This document shows, piece after piece, positions 1 through 28,300 of a stretch of 64,000 nucleotides of DNA; within the stretch, counting starts at the first letter, position 1, and each line of letters opens with the position of its first letter. Made by a program: the position numbers and the translations under genes. This DNA comes from Phaeosaccion multiseriatum (lineage: Eukaryota; Protista; Ochrophyta, other classes), in contig OZ218957.1 in the NCBI GenBank assembly GCA_965112735.1, forward strand, positions 124,001-188,000, in the 5' to 3' direction. The notes beneath the pieces were generated by a model. It had not been told where the DNA came from. It searched no databases and saw only the letters and a program-made list of their open reading frames with translations.

Positions 1-413
1 AGTGGCAGCCGCTGCCCGAGGGGGCGGGGCGGGAGAGCAAAGAGCAGGGGCAAGAGCGGCATTGCATGGGGCAAGGGCCGCAGTCAGGAGAGGAGGAGCA
101 CCACCCAGAGCAGCCACCAGCAGAGCCGCATCGACAAGAGACAGAGCGAGAGCCGGCGGACCACGACAAGGCGCAGTCACGGTGCCAGGAAGAGGAACAA
201 GTAGACCAAGAAGAAGGCTTGGACGCACGCTCCAGCCCCAGCAGAACCCCCCCCCCCCAAAAGCCTCCAATGGTGCGGCAGCTCCTCACGGCACGCAAGG
301 GGCAGCGACCGAGCGCCTGGCTGGACTTTGACGAAGCTCGCGAGACAATGCTGGGCTGGGACGGTTACAAGATGCTGCTCCTCACCCGCCCATCGCCGAT
401 TCAATCCCTCTAA
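1..413 (+). CDS. 3' end of an unidentified gene (acidic low-complexity stretch ending ...WLDFDEARETMLGWDGYKMLLLTRPSPIQSL*)
   Basis: The frame of ORF 66..413 is open from the window edge to TAA at 411-413 and has protein-like composition; no recognisable family. Confidence 0.4.
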   Translation, partial: WQPLPEGAGRESKEQGQERHCMGQGPQSGEEEHHPEQPPAEPHRQETEREPADHDKAQSRCQEEEQVDQEEGLDARSSPSRTPPPQKPPMVRQLLTARKGQRPSAWLDFDEARETMLGWDGYKMLLLTRPSPIQSL

Positions 414-789
414 GAAGCGGCGCCACACACGCCAAATGAAGCAAACCCCAAGGCCACACGCTCAAGCACAGCCCCACGGAAGCGTTTCCAAGGAACAAGC
501 CCCACGGAAGCATTTCCAAGGAATAGCATCTCTGCGTGTTGCTTGTCAGCGGCAGTGTCCGTTTACTGCGCTGGCGTAACCAGCGGGCTTGTTTTGCAGG
601 ACCAGGGGGGGGGGGGGAACAGCGAAAGGGAGGCTTCTCCTCTCTCTCTCCCTCTCGATCGCTTGCAGTTTCTGTGCCGGGCTCGCAGCATGTCCTGCTG
701 CTGCTTCTGTACCACCAACCGCTCCAGCTGCACGGGCGGGGAGGCGCCTCGCCACGCCCTGAGTGTCACAGAAAGGGACGGAGCACTCC

Positions 790-1574
790 CTACCTCTTCC
801 CGCCCCGCTCCTCTTCCTCCTCTTCTTGTCCTCCTCCTCCTCTGCTCGGGCCGTTCCTCTGCCACGGAAACTCTACCCCGAGCCTGTGTTCAATGTCCAG
901 GGGCGTGGTGCTCGAGTCCAGCCATGGCGTGGCGGAGGGAGGAGTGGAGGACGATGGTGGGGCAGGACTGGGAGCTGCCCCCGCTGCACCTGCCGCATCA
1001 CGGACGGCACTCCCCTCCTTGCTCCTGCTGCTGGGGTTCACTGTGGTTGTTTTTGCTGCTTGCGTGGCAGAGGCTGTGAGCGTTTCGAGCTGACGCAGGC
1101 CATCGGTGGTGAGTACGCGTATTTGAAAGTCGTCGGTGATGAATTGGTATTGGCGGAATTGCCGTGTCACCTCTGCGCGCACCTCCTGGCCGGTGGCGTC
1201 TCCCGCCCTCTCCATGCCGCGTCCGCACTGAATGCGAGGTACGCGCAGGATGCACGCAGACAGGAGGAGGACAAGAATAAGGAAGAAGAAGGGAAGTTGG
1301 AATGATGAGGGTAGGAGGGCGTTCAGAGAAGGCTGTGAGTGAATCGTACTGAGCCAGACAGAAGCAGCAGTCCCTCTTAAATCCTCCTCCTCCTGCTGCT
1401 GCTGCTGCTGCCGCCGCTGCTGCCGCTGCTACCGCTGCTGCGTTTCTCTCTCAGTGTCCCTGCCGCGTCTTGCTCTCATCAGTGCCTCACCTTGAGAAAG
1501 TCTCTGTAGAGCTGTATCACCTGCATCCGCCTCATGAACTGCTTTAGGTCCATCGCATGCCTAACTGGCCTCAT
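790..1574 (-). CDS. LYRM2: LYR-motif (Complex1_LYR) mitochondrial protein, LYRM2-like; exons 1574-1491 and 1227-790
   Basis: Spliced translation MRPVRHAMDLKQFMRRMQVIQLYRDFLK|CGRGMERAGDATGQEVRAEVTRQFRQY...IRVLTTDGLRQLETL matches the LYRM2 pattern (LKQF.RR.QV..LYR...R..F..., G..QL..L). Phase-0 GT-AG intron at 1490-1228. Confidence 0.85.
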
Positions 1575-2350
1575 CTGCGCTCAATTCAAATGGAGTCCTC
1601 GTGTCTCCTTGGCCTTCTCGGGCCGTCTACGACGACTCTGTAGTGCTGTTGGTCGACCAGGCAGCGAAGATCATGTCGAGAAGAGAGAGGGAGAAAAGAG
1701 ATGGAGAAAGGATATCGAGAAAGGGTCAAACCTTCCAGCTGAAACTGAAACTGGGTAGGCGGGAACGAACGCGCGATAATCCGAACGCGGGAGACAACTT
1801 GGGAGCCTTGAGGAGGCGGGAGAGAGAGGGAGTGAGAGAGAGAGAGAGGAAGAGAGGAGGCGGGGGGAGGAAGAGCTGACAGGTGAAAGCGGCCGATGCG
1901 AAGAGAGGACCAGCACAACAACAAGTCTTGCCACGCCGATGGCTGCTGCGGAAGAGAACAGCAGCAGCGGTTGACAGTGACTCCGCACGGCAGCAGAAGC
2001 AGAAGCACTACCCCGACCACAAGCACCCAAGGCAGAAGAAGCAGAAGCAGCAGCAGTTGAAGTTGTAGCAGCGGTATCACTGAGAGGGAAAAGAGGAGCC
2101 GCACCCTCGCACTCAAGCTGCCCGGCTCTGTTGACTCCTGCCCATCAGACGAATGTGTGCCATTGCTAACGCTACTGAGGGCCGGAGTACATAGAAGCTC
2201 CATCTTCTGCCCGCGTCCTCCCCAGCTCCCCCTACGGCGGCGCTTCTGGAGGGAACAAAGAGCAACAAAGCCGGCAGGTTGTTGAGAGGAGCGCGGGAAC
2301 AACAAGGAGGCACGTATAGCTCTGTTCCTCGTCCTTCCAGGAGCAGCAGT

Positions 2351-4518
2351 ATGGAGGCAGAGCTTCTCAGAAGAGGGGTGCAGGTGCGAGAGCTGAAACT
2401 GCGCAACTCGCAGCTGGCGAAAGCGCTGGTAAGAGAGAAGAGAGAGGGAGAGGGATTCCCTTCGCTGCTAGATTCCTCCTGCTACGATGACAGCATCGCC
2501 CCTCCCATTCTCATTCTCTTGGACTGGTTGAAACTCTTCTTCTCGCTGTCCGCTTTGCTCAACCTGCCGCTGCCTGCTGCCCCGACCGTTGATCCTCACC
2601 CCCAATGTGCGCACAGAACGCTGAAAAGGAGCAAAAAACCGTGCTCTCGAGACAGTGCAAGGATCTCATGAGAGACCTGCTACGCATCCAGCGTGTTGCA
2701 CAGGCGGGCCTGGGGCGGAGTGCCAAGAAGCAGCAGCAGCAGCAGCAGCAGCAAGGCGAAGCGAGGCGGACCACCAGAACAGGCCGATCAATCTTCTTGT
2801 CCTCGCGGTCTGTGGCACCCTATTCCTCAGACTCTAAACACGCCCCCCCCATTTCTTGTGCCTCCGAGGAGTCAACAGTGGGAGCTGAAGAGGGAGCTGC
2901 AGAGGGAGCTACAGAGGGAGCTGCATCACAAAGTCAAGACATGATGCGCGGGCTTGCGGAGGCTGCGCACTTGAAATCGAGACTGGGCAGTGCTGGGGAG
3001 AAGAGGGTGCAGGAGGAGCAACAACAACAGCAGCAGCAGCAGCAGCAGGAGGAGGAGGAGGAGGAGGAGGAGGACCAGCAGCATTGCATGGGGCAGGGAC
3101 AGGAAGAAGACGGGCTCGACGAGGATGTGTACCAAGTCTCTCTGCCCGAGGAGGAGCAGCAGCGCGGGCGAGGGGGCAGCGAGTGCATCGACGAAGCCGG
3201 CATGGAAGCCTCCGACTTCAGTAGCAGCACAGCGCAAACTCAAACTCACGGCAGCGCTTCACGACCCCAAACCAGAGCAGCCACGAAACTGACTCTTCTG
3301 CTGCGACAAGTGGAATCAGAGCTGCGAGACTCCGAGAAGGGGCAGGGGTGCAAGGGTCAGCAGTTGGTGATACAGCAGGAGACTGCCATGGTGGTGACTC
3401 AGACGTCCGCAGCACCACGGCGGCCGGAGTCAGCAACATCAGCCGACTCGGAGTCCGAGGAGGCAGAGGCCAAGGGGGCGTCATCATCACCAGAGGCCGG
3501 CGGTCATCCTGAAGCAGTCTCTCGTGGCAGTCGTAGCAGCACCGGTCGGCCATCCGAGTGCGAGTCTGACGTCATCGCGGCCGGTACGACCGCGCCTGGG
3601 CCGGAAGTGTCAGGACGGGGGGGCTGGGGGAAGGCTGGCACTGTCCGCAGCAGGCGCCGCCTTGGCCGTCGACGGAGTCGGGGCTCTCTCGGCCTCGGCA
3701 GCGGTTACACTGACTCGGGGGGGCAGCGCGCGAAGCAGCGGCAGGAGGAGGACGAGGAGCAGGGGCAGAAGCCGGAGCAGGTTGAGAAGGAGAGTGAGCC
3801 GAGCGAGGAGAGTCGTCGTCAGCAGCAGCAGCAGCAGCAGTTGGCGATACAGCAGGGGGCTCGGGAGAAGGGCAGAGGGGCCCGGTTGAAGAGAGTGCCA
3901 CTTGAAGGGGCTCTGCCGGACGAGGGGCATGGTGGAGGGCCCCGGGGGGCGAGCAGTAGAGGAGTATCAGAGGGGAAACGAGCTGGAGTGAACAAGCGAG
4001 ACGAGGGAGAGGACGACCACGACGACGACGACGAGGAGGAAGAGGAGGAAGAGGAGGAAGAGGAGGAGGAGGAGAAGGAGGAGGAGGAGGAGGAAGAGGA
4101 GAAGGAGGAAGAGGAAGAGGGGGACGAGGAGGAGGACGAGGAGGAGGAAGAGAACGCCATGATTTCCTCGCTGCGAGGCAGGGGGAGGCGGATGGCAGTG
4201 GATGGGGAGGACAGAGAGAGAGTCCCGTTCACGGAGCTCTCCTCGCAGAGTCCCTCGACGGCGGCAGTAGTAGGCAGAGTAGTGCCCCGGCCCGTCGGTA
4301 GGGGTGGGGAGGGCGCGCGTTCGAGACTCGGTGGTGGCGACTCGGTGATCCCTGTGAGCCCCGTGAGCTCTGTGAGCACGAGGCAGGCGAGGAGGAGCAC
4401 CTCCCGTCCCGTTTCCTACAGGGAGCCCCCCCTGGGGAGCAAGATTCGACGGGGCTACACACCCTTCAGCTTCGACACCACGGTAAGTGAGGAAAGGCCT
4501 TCGTCCCGGCGTAAGTAG
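2351..4518 (+). CDS. SGO1: Shugoshin (centromeric cohesin protector); exons 2351-2428 and 2617-4518 (the extreme 3' end may be spliced at 4483)
   Basis: N-terminal coiled coil MEAELLRRGVQVRELKLRNSQLAKAL|NAEKEQK, a disordered middle, and the C-terminal SGO motif RRSTSRPVSYREPPLGSKIRRG. Confidence 0.85.
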
Positions 4519-5469
4519 ATCAAAGGTATGTTACGCACGCACACACGCACGCACATACATACATCAAGATCCCCCTTCTCCGCTCCTCCACTCTCACCCA
4601 TACGCTTCTACCCGTCCCATCGGCTCTGTGTATTGAACCCCTCCTGCCTGCCGCTCTTCTCCTCCTCCTCCGCAGCAGCCGCAGTCGGGTGCCTCGGGTC
4701 AAGACGGCTGAAACACACTTACCCAACCAACCAACCAACCTGCTTGCACAAAGAAGCAGAGTGCTCTCTCTGTTAGTTATATGGCGTCTTTCAAGGAGTA
4801 AGAGAGAACAAAAATATCACACTCTCCACTCTCCGCCGCTGCTTGTGGCGAGCGTGGCGATGACTCCGGCTTGAGTGGGAAAGGACAGACAGGCCCACTC
4901 CAACCCACCCACCCCTGCTACGAGGAGAGGAAACCGAGCCAAAGATGAGCAAGGAGAGCTTCTTCTCTCTCCTCCCCTCCCTGCCCTTCCTTCTTCACGT
5001 CAGTCCCCAGCTCCATCTCATACACTCGTCAAGACAAGTACCTCAGGCCCCTGGGGGAGGGGGGCTGCCGTCCACTGCCATCTATCGCACTATCACCTGC
5101 CGTCCACTGCCGTCCTTCGCTCGGCCGGCCACGCCCTGCCTGCGTTCAAAGGCGTTCGGTCCAATGAATGCCCTTATCAAATACTGAAGGAGTGAAAGAA
5201 CCCGACCCTGCCTATCACAGATGGCACGGGCCCCGCCGGCGAATTCTAACGCGCCAAGCACTCGTGCACGTCCGCCCGCTGTCAAGCTCGTGCCAAGGTG
5301 GAAACTCGAAACTGCTTGACTTATTGAGCTCGAGCTTTGACACCTTTCATGCCCACTGCCATGTCGAGCTTCTTCACCACCTGACGGGAAGTGCCCTTCT
5401 TGTTGGCTGCTTGCCGCACGCACAAGAGCAGGGCCTCGTGCGACCTCTGAAAAGTGTCACTACACATCG

Positions 5470-5592
5470 ACACGCTCGATACTGAGTATCGGGGTGGTCG
5501 ATACTGAGTATCGGTACATACCGATACTCAGTATCGACACGATCGATAGTGAGTTTCGGTATGCTCGATACTGAGTATCGGTATGCTCGATA
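5470..5592. repeat. Cluster of palindromic CGATACT(G/C)AGTATCG units forming a larger hairpin; possible transposon/MITE subterminal remnant
   Basis: Four intact copies (~5477, 5499, 5522 inverted, 5566) plus degenerate ones. Confidence 0.6.
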
Positions 5593-5927
5593 TACCTGGA
5601 TCTGAGGGTGGGTCTCCACTCCATGTCGCTCCCTCCTCTCTGCTCCTCTGGCATTCGTTGGCTCTATATCCCCCCTCCCCCTCTGCCAGGGTAGGACTCC
5701 ACGCTCTTCTCCCCCGCAGTCTCAGGCGGAGCAGAGAGAGAGGGAAGGAGAGAGCAAGAGAGGGAGGGAAGGAGAGAGAAGAGAGAGAGGGAAGGAGAGA
5801 GCAGAGAGAAAGAGAAGGAGAGAGAAGAGAGAGACAGAGCAAGCCTTGCTCGATGACGGACACCCTCCAACAGTGCCCTCCCTTCGCATCCTTGCCTGGG
5901 TCTGGGCCTTGGGCTGCAATTGTTGAC

Positions 5928-10262
<4,335 letters not shown>

Positions 10263-10605
10263 GGATAGAGGAGTACCGATAGCTATCTGAGGCTGAGGAG
10301 GAGGAGGAGGAGGAGGAGGAGATTATTATCACAGGAGGAGGAGGGGGGAAATTGGATAATCGAAATTGGAAGGAGGTCGACAGCCGTCCAGTGCCATCCT
10401 TTTGGCGTTTTATTGATTTCGATTCGTTCCCACACACACATCAATCCAAACTCTGCCCTGAAGTCACATCGGCCTTGCTTCTCCATGATGGGAAGAGAAT
10501 TCGCAGGGCAATGGAACGAGCTTGTGGAGGTTTAATGTTTCAAATGACAGGGGAGAGGGTGGTGATCCCCACACTAGACCGGGGAGGGTAAAACCGAGGC
10601 TCACC

Positions 10606-21371
<10,766 letters not shown>

Positions 21372-22377
21372 AGGTCGAAGGTCCGAAGGGGGAAACATAA
21401 TAAAGAACGTCTAACGTCTCTTCCTTTGGATCTTCCTTTGTCCAGTTTTTCTCCCTCCCCCCCTCCATCTGGACTGGCCAGGGATCCGACGACGGCCCCA
21501 ACTCCAAATTGCACTGATTTGGGTTTGGTGCCACTGCACTCCAGAAAAGCAGTGATAGCAACCGCTAAAAAAAAATATCAACAATAAAAGGAGGACTCAG
21601 AACACACTATGCTGCACACAGGGGAAGGAGCTGAGAGGAAAGTGTGAGAGATGTGACAGCAGCAAACAGAGGAGAGAAAGTAGCAGAGGGAGAAGGTGGG
21701 CTTCAAAATATACCAATACCAGAGCAGCACGGGGGTATAGGGCTGTGGTGCCGGCATTGAGCTCATAATTCTTCGCGTGATGGCACTGAAGAGCTTGAAG
21801 GTGTCGCAGCTGCTCCCTCTGTTGGTTGTGGCCATGTCTTCTGCGACCACCATGTATATATACACACTTTTCTTCAAGCTCCACTCACTTCCGCAGTTCG
21901 TTGCAGCATCTTCATCACGTGGGGCGATGCCGCTGCTGGGCGTTCTGATTCTGGCCGGGGCAGCACTGCTGGGCATCTTCGCTGCTGTGGACGGCTCAAA
22001 GAAGGTGGGGCTGCATTGGCTGAATGGCTGGCACTCTGACCCGCCCCTCTCCCTCCCTCCGCACCTCGTTCGGGCCTTGCACGCCATTTTTGCACCCCTC
22101 CCACCCCTCCCACACTTGCTGTGATGGCATCGCCCTCCACGCCATTCCTCTCTTTTTACCCTCCTGCTGACCCTCCTCCTTTCCTCCCCTCCGCTCCCTC
22201 CAGGCGCCAGGGTCTGCTCTGGATGAGGACGGCGGAAGAGGCGAGGACGGGCACCGGTGCTGCGGTGGGGGGGGGCGGGGGAAGAGCCCAGCAAGCAAAT
22301 CAGCTCCCCCCTTTTCTTCTTGGAGAAGGGGACCTTCTCCTTCCCGCAGTGGCATAAAGAGGGGGTACGGCATCAAC

Positions 22378-25300
22378 ATGAAGATAAGGCAGCTGCAGCT
22401 GCTAACCATGCTTTGCGCCCAGGGATGGTTCGCAGCTCTCGTCCAGGCACAATGTAAGAGACAGAAGCAGCAATGGCGCATGTGTTGGGCGTGGGGGTGA
22501 GTGCGAGCATGTGTTGAGATCGAGACACAGGCGAAAGGAGAACATGTGAGGGTGAATCGATCCATCATGTAGCGTGCCCGCAGAAGCACCCACCACACAC
22601 CCACAAGCGTACCCTAACTGATGCCAGCCGCACGTTTCGCTTCATCCCACGCCTCTCCCTCAACAGCACCCCCGCCCACGCCCCCCCCTGGCACGGTAAG
22701 CAAGGCCAGCCTCGTTTTATGTATTTGTTGCCTTGCAGTCAACCGCGTCGCTCCCATCTCTTCCTCTTTGCTCATCACAGCAGCCACCTTTATCACCAAC
22801 TGCTGTTACTGCTGCTGTATCACCACCTGCTGTTACTGCTGCTGTATCACCAACTGCTGTTACTGCTGCTGTATCACCACCTGCTGCTGCTCGGCGCTTG
22901 TGATTCCCACCCACCCATACCTCACCACGGCCCCTTCCACTGCCATCTATAACCCTCAGCCCTCTCGCCCCCTCGTGCCTCTCTCTCTCGTCCTCACACG
23001 GGCCCCTCCCCTCCCCTCAGGAGCCCGCAGCTCCCCCATCATGCGCAGAGAAAGACGAGGTTTGCAGGCCGAACTCGATTTTCTATGACGACTGCTGCCC
23101 GGGGCTGGAGTGTAGAAGTGATTTTGACATCTTGAACTTGACCACCCTGAGAACCAGCTCCTCCCGCCAGGGCTACGCATACACCTGCATAGTGAGTGTG
23201 TGTGTGCGTGTGTGCGTGTGTGCGTGTGTGCATGCGAAGATCCAGACACCGCGGCTGTATGACCAACTGCTGCTGTTGCTGCTGCTCCTGTTGCTGGTTT
23301 AGGGTTAGGAAATACCCCTCCCCTCCTCGAGGGGGGTCGGCCGCACCCACCCATACACCTCACCACGGCCCCTTCCACTGCCATCTTACCCTCAACCCTC
23401 TCGCCCGCTCTGTTCCTCTGTGCTCCTCGTGCCTCTCTCGCCCTTGAGGACCCCTTGGAGACCCCGGCACCGGCACCGGTAAGTAAAGGTGGAGTACCAA
23501 ACATACATTTTCATCAACATGTGTATTTGTTTATGTATATTTATGTATGTATGTGTGTGTGACTACGGGCATGGCAATCCATGGGTGGCTCATCAGCGGC
23601 ACCACCCCACCCCCACCCACCCAGTCTCTGCGTCTGTTGGAGATGTTCCATCTGGACTCTTGTGTACCCGCCTCGAATGCCCTCTCGCTGTCTCTTATTC
23701 TTATCCTCACTGCCGGCCACAGGAACCCACGCCAGTCCCCACTCCGCCCCCTACACCTGTCCCGACAACACCCGTTCCAACACCGGTGCGTACGGGAGTG
23801 CTTAACCTTGTCGCTCTCAGCGTCTCCCTCTTTGCTCACTTCAACACCTGCACCTGTGCCTCACCTCTTCTTCCGCCCGTCCTTCCCTTCAGGCGCCTTC
23901 GTGTCAAGCAGATGCGGACGCCTTCCTGAGCATGACTGACCAGGAGCTGTTCGACATGCAAGACTCCGACAACAGGATTGGCGAATACTGCTACAACCGA
24001 CAAATCTCTAGCAGCTCTGCTGCCTGCAACTACTACGTCCTGGCGGTACCGAGCGCCACTCATTCCGGCTGGCCCCGCACCACCCCAGGCGACGCAGGGA
24101 CCGGCTGTGTGTATGAGGGTGACGGGGGCCCGACCAGGTGCTTCTATGAGGACGCAGATTACGATCTCACCGAGGAGGAACGCGACTCCATGTGCACGCA
24201 GGACGTCGTGGCCAATGCGGCGGCTCAACTGCGTCATGCCATCACGAATGGAGCTTGCTGTGACGCGACTGAGGTATGTATGCATGTATGTATGTATGTA
24301 TGTATGAATGTTTGTGACCACGGGCAGGGATGGCAATCTATGGGTGTACATACGTGGACGGATGGTGGGCAGCTCATCAGCGGCACCACCCACCCAGTCT
24401 CTGCGTCTGTTGGGGATGTTCCATCTGGACTCTTGTGTACCGCCTCTAATACCCTCTCGCCCTATCCTCCCCTCCTCTTTCTGCTTCCTACCCTCACTGC
24501 CGGCCACAGGAACCCACGCCAGACCCCACTCCTGCTCCAACACCAGTACGTACCGGAGTGCTTAATCAGCATGGCCCCTTCCACTGCCATCCATAACCCT
24601 CAACCCTCTCGCCCCCTCTCTTCCTCTGTGCTCCTCGTGCCTCTCTCTCTCGTCCTCACACGGGCCCCTCCCCTCCCCTCAGGTGCCCGCAGCTCCCCCA
24701 TCATGCGCAGAGAAAAACGAGATTTGCAGGCCGAACTCGAGGTTCTACGACGACTGCTGCCCCGGGCTGGAGTGTCAGTTTCGTATTGTGAGGACCCCCT
24801 TGTATTACAGCAGCTCCTCCGCCTTGGCCTACTCATACGACTGCATAGTGAGTGTGTGTGTGTGTGCGTGTGTGCATGCGAAGATCCGGACACCGCGGCT
24901 GTATGACCAACTGCTGCTGCTGCTGCTCCTGTTGCTGGTTTAGGGTTAGGAAATACCCCTCCCCTCCTCGAGGGGGGTCGGCCGCAGCCACCCATATACC
25001 TCACCATGGCCCCTTCCACTGCCATCTAACCCTCAACCGTCTCGCCCCCTCTCTTCCTCTGTGCTCCTCGTGCCTCTCCCGCCCTTCAGGACCCCTTGGA
25101 GACCCCGGCACCGTCACCGGCACCGGTAAGTAAAGGTCACTAAAATGTATATTTATGTATGTGTGTGTGACTACGGGCAGGGATGGCAATCTATGGGTGT
25201 ACGTACGTAGACGGATGGCTCACACCCCACCAGCCCAGTCTCTGCGTCTGTTGGAGATGTTCCATCTGGACTCTTGTCGAATGCCCTCTCGCTCTCTCTT

Positions 25301-28300
25301 TTTCTTACCCTCACTACCGGCCCCTCCAACACCGGTACACACGGAAGTGCTTAACCTTCTTGTCTCTCTCAGAGAGTCCCTCTTTGCTCACTTCAACACC
25401 TGCACCTGTGCCCCACCCCTTCTTCCGCCCGTCCTCCCCTTCAGGCGCCTTCGTGTCAAGCAGATGCGGACGCCTTCCTGAGCATGACTGACCAGGAGCT
25501 GTTCGCCACGCGCATGATTGGCGACTACTGCTACAACCGAAACCTCAGGACCAGAGGAAATGCTTCCTGCAACTACTATGTCCTGGCGGTAGCGAGCGCC
25601 ACTCATTCCGGCTGGCCTCGCACCACAGACGACACAGGGACCGGCTGTGTGTATGAGGGTGACGGGGGCCCGACCACGTGCTTCTATGAGGACGCAGATT
25701 ACGATCTCACTGATGCGGAACGCAGCTCCATGTGCACGCAGGACGTCGTGGCCAATGCGGCGGCTCAACTGCGTCATGCCATCACGAATGGAGCTTGCTG
25801 TGACGCGACTGAGGTATGTATGCATGTATGTATGCATGTATGAATGTTTGTGACCACGGGCAGGGATGGCAATCTATGGGTGTAATCCGTGGGCAGCTCA
25901 TCAGCGGCACCACCCACCCAGTCTCTGCGTCTGTTGGGGACGTTCCATCTGGACTCTTGTGTACCCGCCTCGAATGCCCTCTCGCCGTCTCTTATTCTTA
26001 TCCTCACTGCCGGCCACAGGAACCCACGCCAGTCCCCACTCCTGCCCCTACAATGGTCTCCACCACGCTAGACCCCACTCCTGCCCCTACAATGGTTTCC
26101 ACCACGCTAGACCCCACTCCTGCCCCTACACCTGTCCCGACAACACCCGCTCCAACGCCCGCTCCAACACCCGTACGTACCGGATGGCTTAATCAGCACG
26201 GCCCCTTCCACTGCCATCTAACCATCAGCCCTCTCGCCCGCTCTGTTCCTCTGTGCTCCTCGTGCCTCTCTCGCCCTTCAGGAGCCGACGCTCGAGCCCA
26301 CGCCCTCCCCGACACCGGTACCAACAGGGACGCCAACAGCCACCCCCACAGCGACAACCACGGAAGCACCGACTCAAGCGCCCACTCTGGCTCCAACGGC
26401 CGCACCAACTGCAGCGCCGACGCTAGCCCCAACTCTGGCCCCGACTCAGGTGCTAACCCTAAGTGTCTTGATTGTCTGCCTCTCCTCTCTGCTCCTCTTT
26501 TCTAACCCTAGCCCACCCTTGTGTTCTCAGGCCCCAACGGCAACACCAACTGCAGCGCCGACTCGAGCTCCAACTACAGCACCCACGGAAGCCCCGGTAG
26601 CGGAAACGGAACCGCCAACTGTGGCCCCAACAGTGGCCCCAACAGTAGCACCAACAGCGATACCAACAGACACCCCCACAGCGACACCCACGGAAGCCCC
26701 GGTAGCGGAGACGGAACCGCCAACTGTGGCCCCAACAGTAGCACCAACAGGTACACCAACGGACACTCCCACAGCGACGCCCACGGAAGCGCCGGTAGCG
26801 GAAACGGAACCACCAACTGCGGCCCCAACAGTAGCACCGACAGGGACACCAACGGACACCCCCACAGCGACGCCCACGGAAGCGCCGGTAGCGGAAACGG
26901 AACCACCAACTGCGGCCCCAACAGTAGCACCGACAGGTACGCCCACAGAGGCGCCATCCGGAACCCCCACGGCATCGCCCACAGAAGCACCGATAGAGGC
27001 TTCTGCTCCTTCACCTGTTCCATCGACTCTCACCTCTCCTCCCACACCAGCCCCCATCCCTCTCACCCCTCCTCCCACACTGGCCCCCATCCCTCTCACT
27101 CCTCCTCCCACACCAGCCCTTCTCACTCCTCCTCCCACACCGGCCCCCATCCCCCTCACCCCTCCTCCCACACCAGCCCCCATCCCTCTCACCTCTCCTC
27201 CTACCCTACCTCCCACACCGGCCCCCACCCCTCTCACTCCTTCTCCCACACCGGCCCCCGCTCCAATCATTCTCACCACTCCCCCTATCGATCCGCCGAC
27301 TCCCAGCCCCGCACTACCCCCTAGCTTACCTTCGTTACCACCTCCCACTTCACCCCCTTCGTCGCCACCCACCCCTCCCCCGGTTGCTGAAGACACCGAT
27401 CCGCCTGTAGCTGTGGTGACACCTGCTCCTGTTATCGAGACATCACCTCCAACTGCGACGGACGCACCTGTGGCTGCGACTCTTCCGCCAACAGCGACAC
27501 CAACAGCACCTCCAACGCCAGCACCAATTCCAGGCACGGCTGCACCCACGTCCCCTCCAACGTCCCCTCCAACGTCCCCTCCCACGCCTTCTCCCATTCT
27601 TCTCACCTCTCCACCCACACCGGCCCCCATCCCTCTCACTCCTTCTCCCACACCGGCCCCCATCCCTCTAATCCCTCCTCCCACCTTCCCTCCCACACCA
27701 GCCCCCATCCTTCTCACTCCTCCTCCCACATCGGCCCCCATCACTCTCACCCCTCCTCCCACACCACCTCCCACACCAGCCCCCATCCCTCCTCCCACCC
27801 TAACTCCCACACCGGCCCCCATCCCTCTAATCCCTCCTCCCACCTTCCCTCCCACACCGGCCCCCATCCTTCTCACCCCTCCTCCCACACTACCTCCCAC
27901 ACCGGCCCCCATCCCTCTAATCCCTCCTCCCACCCCACCTCCCACACCGACCCCCATCCTTCTCACCCCTCCTCCCACACCGGCCCCCATCCCTCTCACT
28001 CCTTCTCCCACACCGGCCCCCATCCCTCTAATCCCTCCTCCCACCCTACCTCCCACACCGGCCCCCATCCCTCTAATCCCTCCTCCCACCCCACCTCCCA
28101 CACCGGCCCCCATCCTTCTCACCCCTCCTCCCACACCAGCCCCCATCCCTCTCACTCCTTCTCCCACACCGGCCCCCATCCTTCTCACCCCTCCTTCCAC
28201 CTTCCCTCCCACACCGGCCCCCATCCTTCTCACCCCTCCTCCCACACTACCTCCCACACCAGCCCCCATCCCTCCTCCCACCCTACCTCCCACATCGGCC

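Noticed and set aside
22790-22890. Cys-rich metallothionein-like peptide ITNCCYCCC
   Set aside because: Antisense tandem copies of the CAGCAGTTGGTGATA micro-repeat inside an intron
23296-23310. TTTAGGGTTAGG telomere-like seed (also at 24938)
   Set aside because: Only two units, inside duplicated introns; not an interstitial telomere
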